From: a virus
Lineage: Duplodnaviria; Caudoviricetes
IMG/VR virus record: IMGVR_UViG_3300049564_000005
Span: 1-43,787 of that record
DNA length: 43,787 nt
Reading direction: 5' to 3' (one strand)
Position numbers and translations under genes: made by a program. Below the pieces are notes generated by a model. The model worked only from the letters and a program-made list of their open reading frames with translations, did no database searches and was not told where the DNA came from. Positions within the stretch are counted from its first letter, which is position 1. Each line of letters begins with the position of its first letter. Positions 25,684 to 35,793 of the stretch are shown piece after piece.

Positions 25684-25985
25684 GGCGCATCCTCGGCAGA
25701 GCTGACGTCGATGAGATGTGGGAATCGCTATCGCTGCGACAGCAGAACGAATGGCGGGTGTTCTTCGAACTTGACCCACCCGAAGAAGATCGCACCGAGT
25801 ATGGGTTAGCTCGCATTGTTCAAGTGCTCGTGCGCAGTGACAAGCCGTTAGTTGACATGTTACTGCCGTTCGGTGATCGACCGCGTCGAACAGTCGCGCA
25901 GACACTGCAAGACGCTGAAAGAAAGTTAGACGCGTGGATCATCGGTAGTAATGCACAGTTTCGGCAGGGTGTAAAACGTGAGTGA
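25635..25985 (+). CDS. gpT-like extension made by programmed -1 frameshift
   Basis: A-AAA-AAG at 25635-25641; the -1 frame is open: GLERGADRRFRYKLGRILGRADVDEMWESLS...EWRVFFELDP. Confidence 0.8.
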   Translation, partial: KKGLERGADRRFRYKLGRILGRADVDEMWESLSLRQQNEWRVFFELDPPEEDRTEYGLARIVQVLVRSDKPLVDMLLPFGDRPRRTVAQTLQDAERKLDAWIIGSNAQFRQGVKRE

Positions 25986-28323
25986 TATTGCACCAATTAA
26001 AGGTCTCATCGAACTCACTGATAATTTTACCAGTGAGTTGGGACTGGCTGAAGCTGCACTTGGCAACTTCACAAAGACCAATCAAGAAAGTCTGAAAGCT
26101 GTCAGCATCGCCGCTGGACTGGTTGCAGGTGGTATTACTGCAATCGGTGTAGCGGCGCTTGAACTTGGCAAACGCGGTTCAGAAATCAACGACGTCAACA
26201 CGACGCTTGAGCACTTCGCCGGAGGTACGAAAGAAGCAAAAGCCGATCTTGATGCGCTCGTTGCTGGCACTAAAGGGACCGTTGATAACTTCCAGCTGGC
26301 GTCTGACGCTGCGAAGTTACTGCAAGCGAACGTTCGACTGACAGCAGACGACTTCGGCATCCTCGGACAAGCTGCGTTTGTGCTGCAGAATCGCGGCTTG
26401 GGAGGTACAAAAGAACAACTGGACCTAGTGTCCGATGCGCTCGTGACTGGCAAAACGAAAGCGCTGGCGCACACTCTAGGTGTCATCGAGAACACGCAGG
26501 CTGAAGAACAGTATGCCGAAAAACTGGGGATCACCAAAGATCAACTGTCGGCGACGGGACTTGCGGAAGCGCACCGCATCGAAGTCATGCGGATACTCAA
26601 TGCCGCTGTCAAGGATGCAGGCGTTCAAAATCGCGACTTCGGCGAAGAACTCCAATTTGCGAAGACGCAGGTTACCAACTTCGTTGATGACTTAGCGTCA
26701 GCTGTCGCAAGCAGCAAAGTATTCGCCGCAGGCTTCAAGGCGATTGAAGACGCTGTGGCAAGCGCATTCGAAGGTTCACAAGAGAATGCGATCAAGACCG
26801 TTGTGCATGCGCTTGAACAGGGCGCAATCACCGTGCTCGACTTCGGACAAACGGCTATCACGATGGCACGAGTCTTTGAGGGTGCATGGTATGGAATCAA
26901 GACCGTCATTCTAGGAGTTGAGACAACGGTTGTAGGTTTCGCAGCTGCAGCTGTCGATGCCATCGATCTTGTCGCATCTGCTGGCGCGAAGCTGCATATC
27001 ATCTCGCCCGAAGCTGCCAAAGCTGTCTCTGACGTCAGCGTGCAGATCAATGCGATGACAGCAGACCTTGCGAAGCAGACGTTGGAAGCTGGCAAAGCTG
27101 TCGTCGGACATACAGAGTTCGACAAGACGCTTGACGGCCTTAGCGAGTCGCTGGCAAAGGTCACCGGCTCGATGCGCAGCGCATCAGAAGAGACCGATAA
27201 GAATAGCGACACGACAGATATTGCTTCAAAGAACGCCGCGAAACTTAAGCAGACGCAGGACGAGCTGAACAAGAGCATGATTGATCAGAGCAAGATCACT
27301 GCTGCACTGGTCAAGAGCACGACTGAACTGAACGGGATTTGGAGCGATTACTTCGCGCTGGTTTCAAAAAATACCCAGACGTCGGGGCAAGCCCAGCGTG
27401 CTGAAATCCAAGCGACGTTCGACAAGCAGGTAGCCGCACTTGACGCGCTGGACCCGCTTTACAACGCGAAGTATGATGCGTATCGCAAGATCGCTGACGA
27501 GTCGTTGAAAGCGGTCGGCTCTGACTGGGACAGCGTTAAGGACCAGTCTATCGAAGGCCTGCAAGAACAAGCCGACAAAGCTGAGAAGACCTACGATCAA
27601 ATGGTCAACAGCAGCTTACACTTCACGCGTGACGCGCTCGATGCGCAGCGCGACAAGTGGATTGCTGCGCAGCAAGCTGCTAACGGATGGAGTACCTCTG
27701 TTAAACAGGCGATTCAAGATACTGCTGACAAAGTGAAGATCCTTGATCATGCATGGGTAGACGACGCTGACATCGCGGCAGCGACGATCAACAAAACTAC
27801 CATCATGGTTAAGACGCTCAGCGGCGAGCTGATATCGCTGGCAGAAGCGCAGAAACGACAGCAAGCAGGCGGCACGCAAGATGTGACGTCGCTGAACTTC
27901 GCCCAGATGCTGACCCAGATCATCACCAGCGGAGGCTGGAATCCAAGCGGCGCAGGATCAAACATCGACGTCAACAAAGCGTATGATCTGGCACATCAAG
28001 GATATTCGTTCGCAGAAATTATCAGCATTTTCAACCAGATGAAGACTTCAACTGGTAACCCGAAACTCCCGCCGCCGCAGGGCCCACGTATTCCCGGGTT
28101 CGCGCAGGGAGGTACGGTCGCTGTCAGACTTGGAGAAAACGGTCCAGAGACTGTGCGCATTCCTATCGGTTCGCAAGTCGCGCCGAATGGTACGAGCTTC
28201 GGCGGTGGCCCAACTATCGTGCTCACCTTCAATGTCAATGGGACTGGCGTGCAAGTCGCGCAACAGATCAAGGACGTGATCATGCGTCAACTGAAACAAG
28301 TGCGCCAGTTCGGCGCAGCGTAG
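25978..28323 (+). CDS. Tape measure protein
   Basis: 781 aa, Ala-rich helical; C-terminal PGFAQGG...GENGPE. Confidence 0.9.
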   Translation: MSDIAPIKGLIELTDNFTSELGLAEAALGNFTKTNQESLKAVSIAAGLVAGGITAIGVAALELGKRGSEINDVNTTLEHFAGGTKEAKADLDALVAGTKGTVDNFQLASDAAKLLQANVRLTADDFGILGQAAFVLQNRGLGGTKEQLDLVSDALVTGKTKALAHTLGVIENTQAEEQYAEKLGITKDQLSATGLAEAHRIEVMRILNAAVKDAGVQNRDFGEELQFAKTQVTNFVDDLASAVASSKVFAAGFKAIEDAVASAFEGSQENAIKTVVHALEQGAITVLDFGQTAITMARVFEGAWYGIKTVILGVETTVVGFAAAAVDAIDLVASAGAKLHIISPEAAKAVSDVSVQINAMTADLAKQTLEAGKAVVGHTEFDKTLDGLSESLAKVTGSMRSASEETDKNSDTTDIASKNAAKLKQTQDELNKSMIDQSKITAALVKSTTELNGIWSDYFALVSKNTQTSGQAQRAEIQATFDKQVAALDALDPLYNAKYDAYRKIADESLKAVGSDWDSVKDQSIEGLQEQADKAEKTYDQMVNSSLHFTRDALDAQRDKWIAAQQAANGWSTSVKQAIQDTADKVKILDHAWVDDADIAAATINKTTIMVKTLSGELISLAEAQKRQQAGGTQDVTSLNFAQMLTQIITSGGWNPSGAGSNIDVNKAYDLAHQGYSFAEIISIFNQMKTSTGNPKLPPPQGPRIPGFAQGGTVAVRLGENGPETVRIPIGSQVAPNGTSFGGGPTIVLTFNVNGTGVQVAQQIKDVIMRQLKQVRQFGAA

Positions 28324-28333
28324 GAGACAGGTT

Positions 28334-28894
28334 ATGCTTTACGGACAATCGTTCGGAGAAGTGCTCATCGAAGCGCAGAGCGACGGCCCTACGCTGACAG
28401 CTGCCGCTGCAGCGTCGTGCATCCCGACAGCTTCGAAGTTTCCCCTGCCCGGTCAGTATTTCAGCTGGATCGGCAAGAAGCTGCGCGTTGACATGTCCGG
28501 GCGTGTTAGCACTGTTGTGACGACGCCCGGCACGTTTCGAATTGACATCCGTTTCGGCGGCACTGTCGTATTCGACTCGGGAGCCATCGCGTTAGCGACA
28601 GCTGACGCATACACGAATCAAGGCTGGCGCTTTCATTGCGACTTGATCGCCCGCAGCGTCGGTACTGCGATGTCGTTGTTTCCAGAAGCGTGGTGTGTGC
28701 TGCCGAACATGGCGGGTGTTGCATCGACTCCGCCCAAGGCAATGGGCGTCGCGATGCTTCCGTGGAACACTGCACCTGCTGTCGGCAACACGTTCGACGG
28801 GACAGTCCAGCAAGTCGTGGATGTTTTTTTCACGCAGACTGTTGCCACAGGTTCGGTGACTGTGCACACTTACGAGCTGGTTTCGCCGAACTAA
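28334..28894 (+). CDS. Putative tail-associated virion protein
   Basis: AGGAG RBS; beta-rich; directly after the tape measure gene. Confidence 0.6.
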   Translation: MLYGQSFGEVLIEAQSDGPTLTAAAAASCIPTASKFPLPGQYFSWIGKKLRVDMSGRVSTVVTTPGTFRIDIRFGGTVVFDSGAIALATADAYTNQGWRFHCDLIARSVGTAMSLFPEAWCVLPNMAGVASTPPKAMGVAMLPWNTAPAVGNTFDGTVQQVVDVFFTQTVATGSVTVHTYELVSPN

Positions 28895-28895
28895 G

Positions 28896-29444
28896 ATGAT
28901 CATTCGTCCACTGCCGGGGATTCTTGGAATCCCCGGTAAACATAAAGTCATCAGCGGGCAAGGAAACGGCCCGCTTGTTTCGTCTATAGCTCCTGCAACG
29001 GGATCTATCAAGGGCGGAACAAGCGTGACGATCACCGGGCAGAACTTCGCTGCTGATGGCTTTGGTAACGTCGGTGTCACGTTCGGTGGTAAGTCTGCGA
29101 CAAGCATCGTGCTTGTGAACAGCACCACGATCACATGCGTGACACCGAGTCAAGTATCGACTGGAATCGTTGACGTTGTTGTGTCATGTGGCACGCAAAC
29201 AGCAACGTTGTTCGGCGGGTTCTCGTATTACACGATTACGATTCTCAGTGTTGTCCCAAGCTTTGGTCCGTTCGCTGGAGGTACGAACGTCATGATCAAC
29301 GGGATCGGGTTCTCGCTTGGGTGCACCGTCAGCTTTGACGGTATCCCAGCAACGAACGTGATCTTTATTGACAGTTCGCACATGCGTGCGACGACGCCAA
29401 GTCATTCGGCCGGATTCTCTGACGTTACGGTCACTGAGGCATAA
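28896..29444 (+). CDS. Tail protein with two IPT/TIG domains, the second lacking its last strand
   Basis: P..GS..GGT.VTITG.NF...VTFGG..AT.....T.ITC.TP pattern twice; ends FSDVTVTEA-stop. Confidence 0.85.
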   Translation: MIIRPLPGILGIPGKHKVISGQGNGPLVSSIAPATGSIKGGTSVTITGQNFAADGFGNVGVTFGGKSATSIVLVNSTTITCVTPSQVSTGIVDVVVSCGTQTATLFGGFSYYTITILSVVPSFGPFAGGTNVMINGIGFSLGCTVSFDGIPATNVIFIDSSHMRATTPSHSAGFSDVTVTEA

Positions 29445-30571
29445 TGGCGAACGTCGTTGATACTCAGGTTGGTGTAGACGGCAGCGGCACTGGCACGATT
29501 GCGCTGTCGTCGTTCGCGTCTAATGCGCTTGCTGGCGATGCTATTGTCGTCTCCGTTGTGTGGTTCAATGACACAGCTGGACACATCGGTGACGCTGGCA
29601 ATGCGCCGACTGATAACAAGAGCAACACTTACGTCAAAGTTGGCACGATACAAGGTCCGAATAACACCGGCGGCCTTGCGTATACTCAAGTCTTTTGGCT
29701 AGCTAGCAACGTCGCAGCTGGCGCCACGAACGTCACGCTTCACGGGACTGCTGGTGCTCTGCGTCTTGGCATCGCGAGTCTGTGCACAGCGGTTGCAGTC
29801 TCACCGAATAACGGGGATTATGCTGGAACGAACTTCACATCATTCCTGAGCACAGCGACGTTCCCGCAGACGACAGTTACTCCGCCTGCCAACTCGCTGT
29901 TCTTCAGCTCAATGTTCAGACACGCCATAGGAACATCGACAGCCCCGGGTGGTTGGAGCACGGCAGATCGACAGAACTGGGCGACGAATGCGCATATTGT
30001 GATGTCGCATATTGTCGCTTCAGCGAAACAAACTCCTGTATGGAGCATTCCAGATACTGATTACTGGTCAGGTGGCACGTTCTCGCTTGCACCGCTGCCG
30101 CCGAATCCAACGCCGACTAGTGTTGCCCCAGTGACTGGCGCGACTGTTGGTGGCGAACAAGTCACAGTAACTGGAACGAACTTCACAGCTGACACCACGA
30201 TCACGTTCGGCGGCGTCGCTGCAACAGGTGTGATCTTTGACTCTGTGACGCAAATCCGTTGCACACCTGCAGCGCACGCTGTCGGGTCTGTTGACGTCAT
30301 CACAACCAACTCCTTCGGCACAGGTGCGACACTCGTAAACGGATACACGTATGCTGTGCGTCCAATTCCCGTGAGCATCATGCCGCAATACGGACTGAAT
30401 GGGCATCTTTCAAGTGTGACGATCAAAGGCTCGGGATTCGTGAACGGGCTCACTGTCACGTTCGACGGGACGCCCGCCACGAGCATCGTCGTTGTGGACT
30501 CAAGCACGATTACTTGCACGCCTCCAGCGCATGCCGACGGCACAGCTGTCGTAACGGTGACGAACCCTTAA
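29444..30571 (+). CDS. Tail protein: beta-rich N-terminal domain plus two IPT/TIG domains, the last lacking its final strand
   Basis: AGDAIVVSV..TDNKSNTY N-terminal domain; TIG repeats; ends GTAVVTVTNP-stop. Confidence 0.85.
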   Translation: MANVVDTQVGVDGSGTGTIALSSFASNALAGDAIVVSVVWFNDTAGHIGDAGNAPTDNKSNTYVKVGTIQGPNNTGGLAYTQVFWLASNVAAGATNVTLHGTAGALRLGIASLCTAVAVSPNNGDYAGTNFTSFLSTATFPQTTVTPPANSLFFSSMFRHAIGTSTAPGGWSTADRQNWATNAHIVMSHIVASAKQTPVWSIPDTDYWSGGTFSLAPLPPNPTPTSVAPVTGATVGGEQVTVTGTNFTADTTITFGGVAATGVIFDSVTQIRCTPAAHAVGSVDVITTNSFGTGATLVNGYTYAVRPIPVSIMPQYGLNGHLSSVTIKGSGFVNGLTVTFDGTPATSIVVVDSSTITCTPPAHADGTAVVTVTNP

Positions 30572-30572
30572 C

Positions 30573-33500
30573 ATGGGACTGAGCGGCTCACTCGGCGCTT
30601 CGCAGTTCACATACATCACCGGGAGTGGGAACCCGGCGAGTGCGACTCTGCGTCATGGTTTTCAGTTCACGCTGCTTAATCGTGGACAGGACATTCGACG
30701 TCAGCCCGGCATCACGATTCAAGACGCGCTGAACAATGCGCCGAATACTGCGACGTATCGCATTGACGGCAATGCGCCAGTGCCTCAAATCGGAGAGAAA
30801 GTCGAAATCCGAGATGAGAAAGACAATGATCGCAGACTGTTTGGCGGGACTGTTCTCGACGTCGAACAAATCTATGAAGGGACAACCGATCAATTAGCTT
30901 ACAACGTTACCGCCACAGACTTTACGACGCTTTTTAATAAGCGACGTCCCTACGGCACATATATCAATCAGTCTGTGTCAGACATCGTGATCGACCTTGT
31001 CAGTAAGTATGCGCCCGGGTTTACGACAGCCCACGTGCAGACGAACTTGGCAAAGGTCTCAATCACACTTGACGGGTCACGCGACTTCGTCACTGTGTTA
31101 TCTGATCTTGCGACTGCGATTGGTGGCGGCCACTGGTACATGGACTACGATATGGATTTGCACTTCTTCCATATCGCTCCTCCCGGTGTTGTTCTACCTC
31201 CGACACCGCAGCCCGTCGCAGCCCTGGCGCACATGACTGTCGCCGAGGGCGCGGCTAATCCCGGCTCTGCGCAATACAAGAGCGGGTATTACCTATTCAC
31301 CCACTCGTTTATCTATAGTGACGGAACAGAATCAGCGGTGCAGGGCGTGTCCAACATGCTCTTCGCGTCGGGTCTCAACAGCTTATCCTTCACGAATATT
31401 CCGCTTGGTGTCACACTTGGAACTTCGGTGTGCATTGGGCGACGCATCTATTACAACGACTTCATCAGCGGTTACACTGACGGCGAGAAGATCGAAAAGC
31501 TGAATCAGTTCGTTCAGATCAACGATAACACGACCACTGCGTTTACGACTCAATGGAAAGCGAATGGCGCAAGTGTTGCGACTATCGTATCCCTTGGGTA
31601 TGTGCAGACATTCTCAACGCCGTTAGTAGCGACTCCGGGCACTGGAAGCATTGCTTGGGTGTTGTTGAGTGATCAAGCTGCAGCACTCAACTTAGAAGGC
31701 GGCGTTTCTAACGGTGTTTACGGAAATCCAAATGCCTCGCTAGTTTCTCCACCTGCGTTTCCGGGCGCGGTCTCAACTGCGAACTCGTTACCTGCAGGTT
31801 GGCCTGTCGGCGCGACACTGCATTATAATTTTACAGCTTCAAACGCAAACGGAGAAACGACTCTTGGCGTCGATGCCACTGTAGTTATCACAAACGCAGG
31901 CTTGTTCTTCACCGCACCAATTCCATTACCGACTGGTGCGAACACGATGAACTTGTATCTGTCTTTGGATGGCGTGACATATCGTCGTCATTCAGCAGGG
32001 ATTTTTCCCGGACAGCGTTTCTTACTTTCGTCAACGTTCGCGTTCTGGTCAACAAACCCGACAGCACCAACACAAAATACTGCGATCATCGGCATCTACC
32101 GCGGTTGGGTCGGGTTCAATGGCGTAACACAAATTCCAGAAGGGCAATGGGTTCAGCCGCATGCTGGCGGCTCAAACAATATCGTTTACTTTGCTACGGC
32201 AGACGTCGCTATCGCGCTTGAGAATGCGGCACGTAATCGAGCGCTGCAACCGCCTGTGCGCTCTGCGACGTCGCACCCGTCGCAGCCCTTTGACCCGATC
32301 ACAGGGTTTGTTGAAGGTATTCAGAACTCTTCGTTCTGGAACGGCGGCAAGTTTCAGTTCAAGTATGCGTACCTCTACCGTGATGGTACGGTATCGTTCG
32401 CGTCGAAAGCATCGCCGACGATTGAAAAACTTCGCATCAACGGAGAGGGGATCAAAGGCTTCACGCTGCAGAACATCAACGTCGGGCCGCAAATCGGTAA
32501 TCTTGACGTCGTCGCACGCTTCATTTACTTCTGTCAGGGAAAGTCATCAAGCCCGAATGCTGTCGGTGTATCGGGTAATACGTCACCTTCGAACACTGGT
32601 GTGCCAGTTGGGACGCTATGGCCGATTCCTGACAACGACCCAGATTGGACGGCGCCTTGGGGTGTAATCATCATCCCAGACAACACCTCAACAACGTTGT
32701 CGCAGTTCTCGTTGAACTCGCTTGGCTCAACGTTTACAGATGGCACGTATGGCGGGCTTGTCTGCGGTGCAGGCAATCTGCCGTATGTCAATCCGAATGA
32801 TGACCCGCTGTCAGTAGATCCAATTCCGATGTGGCCGAATCCTGACGGCCCAAGCCTTGAGAACGATACGCCGCCGCAAGACATCACGAACACGAACTCC
32901 TTCTTGCTGTATGACGAGCAGGGAGGTAGTCAAGCGTTCAAAGTCTGGACTGATGGTTCACAGCTGCGCAATCGCGTCATTGTAATCGGGTCGGGCAGTG
33001 TTACAACGCTGACTGCTGCCATCGGCGACTTGAAGCTTTACGTTGCAGACGTCTCTGCCTTTTCGCCACATGGTGGGACGCTCAAGTATGACGACGATGC
33101 AACAGGAACGTTTGTCATCTTAGGTTATGCAGGCGTCGGCGGCGTTGTAGGACAAGCATACGTCATACTTGCGAAAGCGCTTGATCGACTCGTGCCGCAA
33201 GGCGTCAACATCGCGAACTTCTATCAAGCTGACGACATCGACTCCCAGAAATTGCTGTCGAAAGTTGAGCTTGATGCCAACGGCAAAGCGACTGACGGCA
33301 TCCACGAATACACGATTGTTGATACTTCGCTAAAGGCGCAGTTTCAACTGTTCATGCGGGCTCAAGCAGAACTGGAGCTTTTCTCAAAGCCCATCGTGAA
33401 GATCACGTATGCCACACGTGACCCGACGCGCAGCGGACAGACCGTGCACGTTGACTTGGACGACCCGCCGTGCTTCGGTGATTTTCTCGTGCAGAGCGTC

Positions 33501-34400
33501 ACGATTGATCAGATCCATGACGAGTCAGACGCGCTGAACCCGCGCTATACTGTCACAGCGTCGTCTGTGCGTTTCGAGCTAAACGATCTATTACTGCAGA
33601 TCTTGACAGCTCAACAGAACACAGGCAGCGGCAATAGCAGCGCTGGTGTTGTCGCAGCAGCCGGTGGCGGTGGAAGCAGCTCGGGACTTCCCAAGCGCAC
33701 GTCTTCAGTCTGGGTGAACTTCGGCGCTGGTAACGCGCTGCCGATTGGTGTCGGTGCACAAGCATCGTTTGTTAATGCCGTCATCGACTCGACTGAGATA
33801 GCGCCGCGTTCGCATCCTGCCGTGTTCAATGCGGGCACGATTTCAGACGATACGTGGGCGACGCTGACGACATCGACAGCGAACGGTTCAACCGCGAGTG
33901 CGATCAGTGCTGCGCAGTGCATGCTTGAAGACCGAGTGGACTGCTGGTTCGAAGTGCAGACGCCTCAGTCACTCGTTGATGTGTGCTTGTGGGTCGGTCT
34001 GCAAGAACTCTGGACACCTGCACCTCCGGGCGGTTCGAACGTGTCTATGTGCTCGTTCAGATACTCGCCGAATGACGGTGATCAAGGCTGGGTGGCACAG
34101 ATACAGCCGACAGGTGTTGGGCATGCTCGCACGATTCAGTTAGTCGCGCCTATTCAAGCAGGTACGAAATACATTATGCGTCTGCAGACGTTTGTGGGCG
34201 CATCGTTCGACACCGCGACTGTGACGTTTACTGTTGGCAACATCAGTAAGGTAATTCCTTACGATGCGAACTTCCCCGTTGCTGGTGTTGGATACGGCGG
34301 TTCAAATCGCATGCAGCCCGGTGTGGGCGTCTACAATGTTTCGGTCGCAAGCGTCGCAGCTAAGTTCAACTTCCGACGTTTCTCCATCATTACGGACTAA
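30573..34400 (+). CDS. Tail-tip / baseplate-hub host-specificity protein with large insertion
   Basis: 1275 aa; ITIQDALN.APNTA, LFGG.V, WY.DY..DLHFF, D.SQ.RNRV.V.G, R.GQTV.V.L hub-like motifs; C-terminal beta domain. Confidence 0.8.
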   Translation: MGLSGSLGASQFTYITGSGNPASATLRHGFQFTLLNRGQDIRRQPGITIQDALNNAPNTATYRIDGNAPVPQIGEKVEIRDEKDNDRRLFGGTVLDVEQIYEGTTDQLAYNVTATDFTTLFNKRRPYGTYINQSVSDIVIDLVSKYAPGFTTAHVQTNLAKVSITLDGSRDFVTVLSDLATAIGGGHWYMDYDMDLHFFHIAPPGVVLPPTPQPVAALAHMTVAEGAANPGSAQYKSGYYLFTHSFIYSDGTESAVQGVSNMLFASGLNSLSFTNIPLGVTLGTSVCIGRRIYYNDFISGYTDGEKIEKLNQFVQINDNTTTAFTTQWKANGASVATIVSLGYVQTFSTPLVATPGTGSIAWVLLSDQAAALNLEGGVSNGVYGNPNASLVSPPAFPGAVSTANSLPAGWPVGATLHYNFTASNANGETTLGVDATVVITNAGLFFTAPIPLPTGANTMNLYLSLDGVTYRRHSAGIFPGQRFLLSSTFAFWSTNPTAPTQNTAIIGIYRGWVGFNGVTQIPEGQWVQPHAGGSNNIVYFATADVAIALENAARNRALQPPVRSATSHPSQPFDPITGFVEGIQNSSFWNGGKFQFKYAYLYRDGTVSFASKASPTIEKLRINGEGIKGFTLQNINVGPQIGNLDVVARFIYFCQGKSSSPNAVGVSGNTSPSNTGVPVGTLWPIPDNDPDWTAPWGVIIIPDNTSTTLSQFSLNSLGSTFTDGTYGGLVCGAGNLPYVNPNDDPLSVDPIPMWPNPDGPSLENDTPPQDITNTNSFLLYDEQGGSQAFKVWTDGSQLRNRVIVIGSGSVTTLTAAIGDLKLYVADVSAFSPHGGTLKYDDDATGTFVILGYAGVGGVVGQAYVILAKALDRLVPQGVNIANFYQADDIDSQKLLSKVELDANGKATDGIHEYTIVDTSLKAQFQLFMRAQAELELFSKPIVKITYATRDPTRSGQTVHVDLDDPPCFGDFLVQSVTIDQIHDESDALNPRYTVTASSVRFELNDLLLQILTAQQNTGSGNSSAGVVAAAGGGGSSSGLPKRTSSVWVNFGAGNALPIGVGAQASFVNAVIDSTEIAPRSHPAVFNAGTISDDTWATLTTSTANGSTASAISAAQCMLEDRVDCWFEVQTPQSLVDVCLWVGLQELWTPAPPGGSNVSMCSFRYSPNDGDQGWVAQIQPTGVGHARTIQLVAPIQAGTKYIMRLQTFVGASFDTATVTFTVGNISKVIPYDANFPVAGVGYGGSNRMQPGVGVYNVSVASVAAKFNFRRFSIITD

Positions 34401-34410
34401 GGAGTTCAGC

Positions 34411-34689
34411 ATGCAGTATGTGATCGACCTTCATCTGCCGGAAACGAAAACGGTTCCCTGCACGATTCAGCCCAGCACAGCATCGCCCGGCAAGTTTCTC
34501 TGCGTGCTGGAGAACGGCAAGACCGTCTGCGTCGAACCAGACGGGTCGCACTCACGAGACATCGACGCGGGCGCGGACAATTGGGATTCTCCGTGGACGT
34601 GGGCGTCGCGCATCGGTGACAAGCTCGTCTACCGCTCAGCCAATCAAGACAGCAAAGGCGAGCCTCGCACGTTCTTGGTGATCGAATGA
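34411..34689 (+). CDS. Small beta-rich protein, possible glycan-binding partner of the next gene
   Basis: TAAGGAG RBS; V.V.PDG, W.SPW; ATGA coupling. Confidence 0.6.
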   Translation: MQYVIDLHLPETKTVPCTIQPSTASPGKFLCVLENGKTVCVEPDGSHSRDIDAGADNWDSPWTWASRIGDKLVYRSANQDSKGEPRTFLVIE

Positions 34690-35768
34690 ACGGGCTGAAA
34701 GTCGCAACGCTGACAGGCAAGTCATACGTCCCGCCTGTGCGTCGCACGCGAGAACAAATCTGCTCGTTCTTCTTGCGTTTCGCCGGGCTATCAGTGTCGA
34801 TGCCCTACGGCACGACGTTGCCGTGGTTCGAACCTGCGCTGTCTTGTGATTCGATTTGTCCAGACAGAGCGTCGCGTAACGCGGTCTATGCTGCGAAGCG
34901 TGCAGCTGGCGATACGCACTGCTTGATCGATTTCTCACAAGGCGGCATTCTTTACGACGAAGGCGGGCAGCCGTATCAAGTACCTCAGCCCGACTTTGAG
35001 GCGAACCCTTCGCAGTTCAGAGCGCTTGTGCAGGAGATTCTGTCTGTGGGATTCGTGCCGACTATCGCTTTCAACGGCGACAACGGCGACAATCCTGTTG
35101 ACGGATACCCGAATGCGCTGCGACAGATCCCGATTCTGAAAGACGTCTTGAACGGGCTGCATGACAGCGTGTTGTATGCACGCTTCTATGATGGCGTCTT
35201 CTACGGCTCGGACCCAGCGAACATTCAGCACTTCGGGCAAGAGTTCACGCGCATCATGCGACAAGGCGGCGCAGCTGCTGCGCATCTCATCATCGAGCAT
35301 CAGCCCGGACGTATTCCAGTCGGGCGAGGAAAGGAAGATTACGATCCGGGCGGCCGCATGATCGATTACGACGGCGTTTTTGGCGAATACGAATGCTGGG
35401 TCAACGGGTCGCTCAGCAAAGATCGCAACGGCCCCGGTTCAGTGTATATTCCTGAAGCTGGGCATCGTGAGTCTGAATACGAGCAAGCGATGGGCAACGT
35501 CTGGGAAGTCTGTTCGCGTTTGGGCGGCGACACGTATCACCGCCCGCCAGATCAGCCCGCAGATAATGACCCGAATGTGCAGACATCGTATCTGCGCAGC
35601 GGGAGTCCACGAGGTCCCTACGTTTGGGGAATCATGGAAACTGGCGGTGACGGACCAGCGCAGCCGGGTGTGTATGACTGGGTTCGCAACAACTGCACTG
35701 TTGCTGACCTAAAAAAGGTTGGCGATTACTTTCGTTCACTCAATGCGCCACTGGTGTGCTTGCCGTGA
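34686..35768 (+). CDS. Putative TIM-barrel glycoside hydrolase-like protein (endolysin candidate)
   Basis: 360 aa soluble, aromatic/acidic, alternating beta-alpha pattern (GDTH..I, GFVP, GEYE, GIMETG); lies before the holin-like genes. Function is inferred. Confidence 0.45.
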   Translation: MNGLKVATLTGKSYVPPVRRTREQICSFFLRFAGLSVSMPYGTTLPWFEPALSCDSICPDRASRNAVYAAKRAAGDTHCLIDFSQGGILYDEGGQPYQVPQPDFEANPSQFRALVQEILSVGFVPTIAFNGDNGDNPVDGYPNALRQIPILKDVLNGLHDSVLYARFYDGVFYGSDPANIQHFGQEFTRIMRQGGAAAAHLIIEHQPGRIPVGRGKEDYDPGGRMIDYDGVFGEYECWVNGSLSKDRNGPGSVYIPEAGHRESEYEQAMGNVWEVCSRLGGDTYHRPPDQPADNDPNVQTSYLRSGSPRGPYVWGIMETGGDGPAQPGVYDWVRNNCTVADLKKVGDYFRSLNAPLVCLP

Positions 35769-35793
35769 AGAGTTTCCCCGGGGATCTTAATCC

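Noticed and set aside
30573-34400. Diversity-generating retroelement target in the tail-tip gene
   Set aside because: No reverse transcriptase and no TR/VR near-duplicate was noticed in the window.
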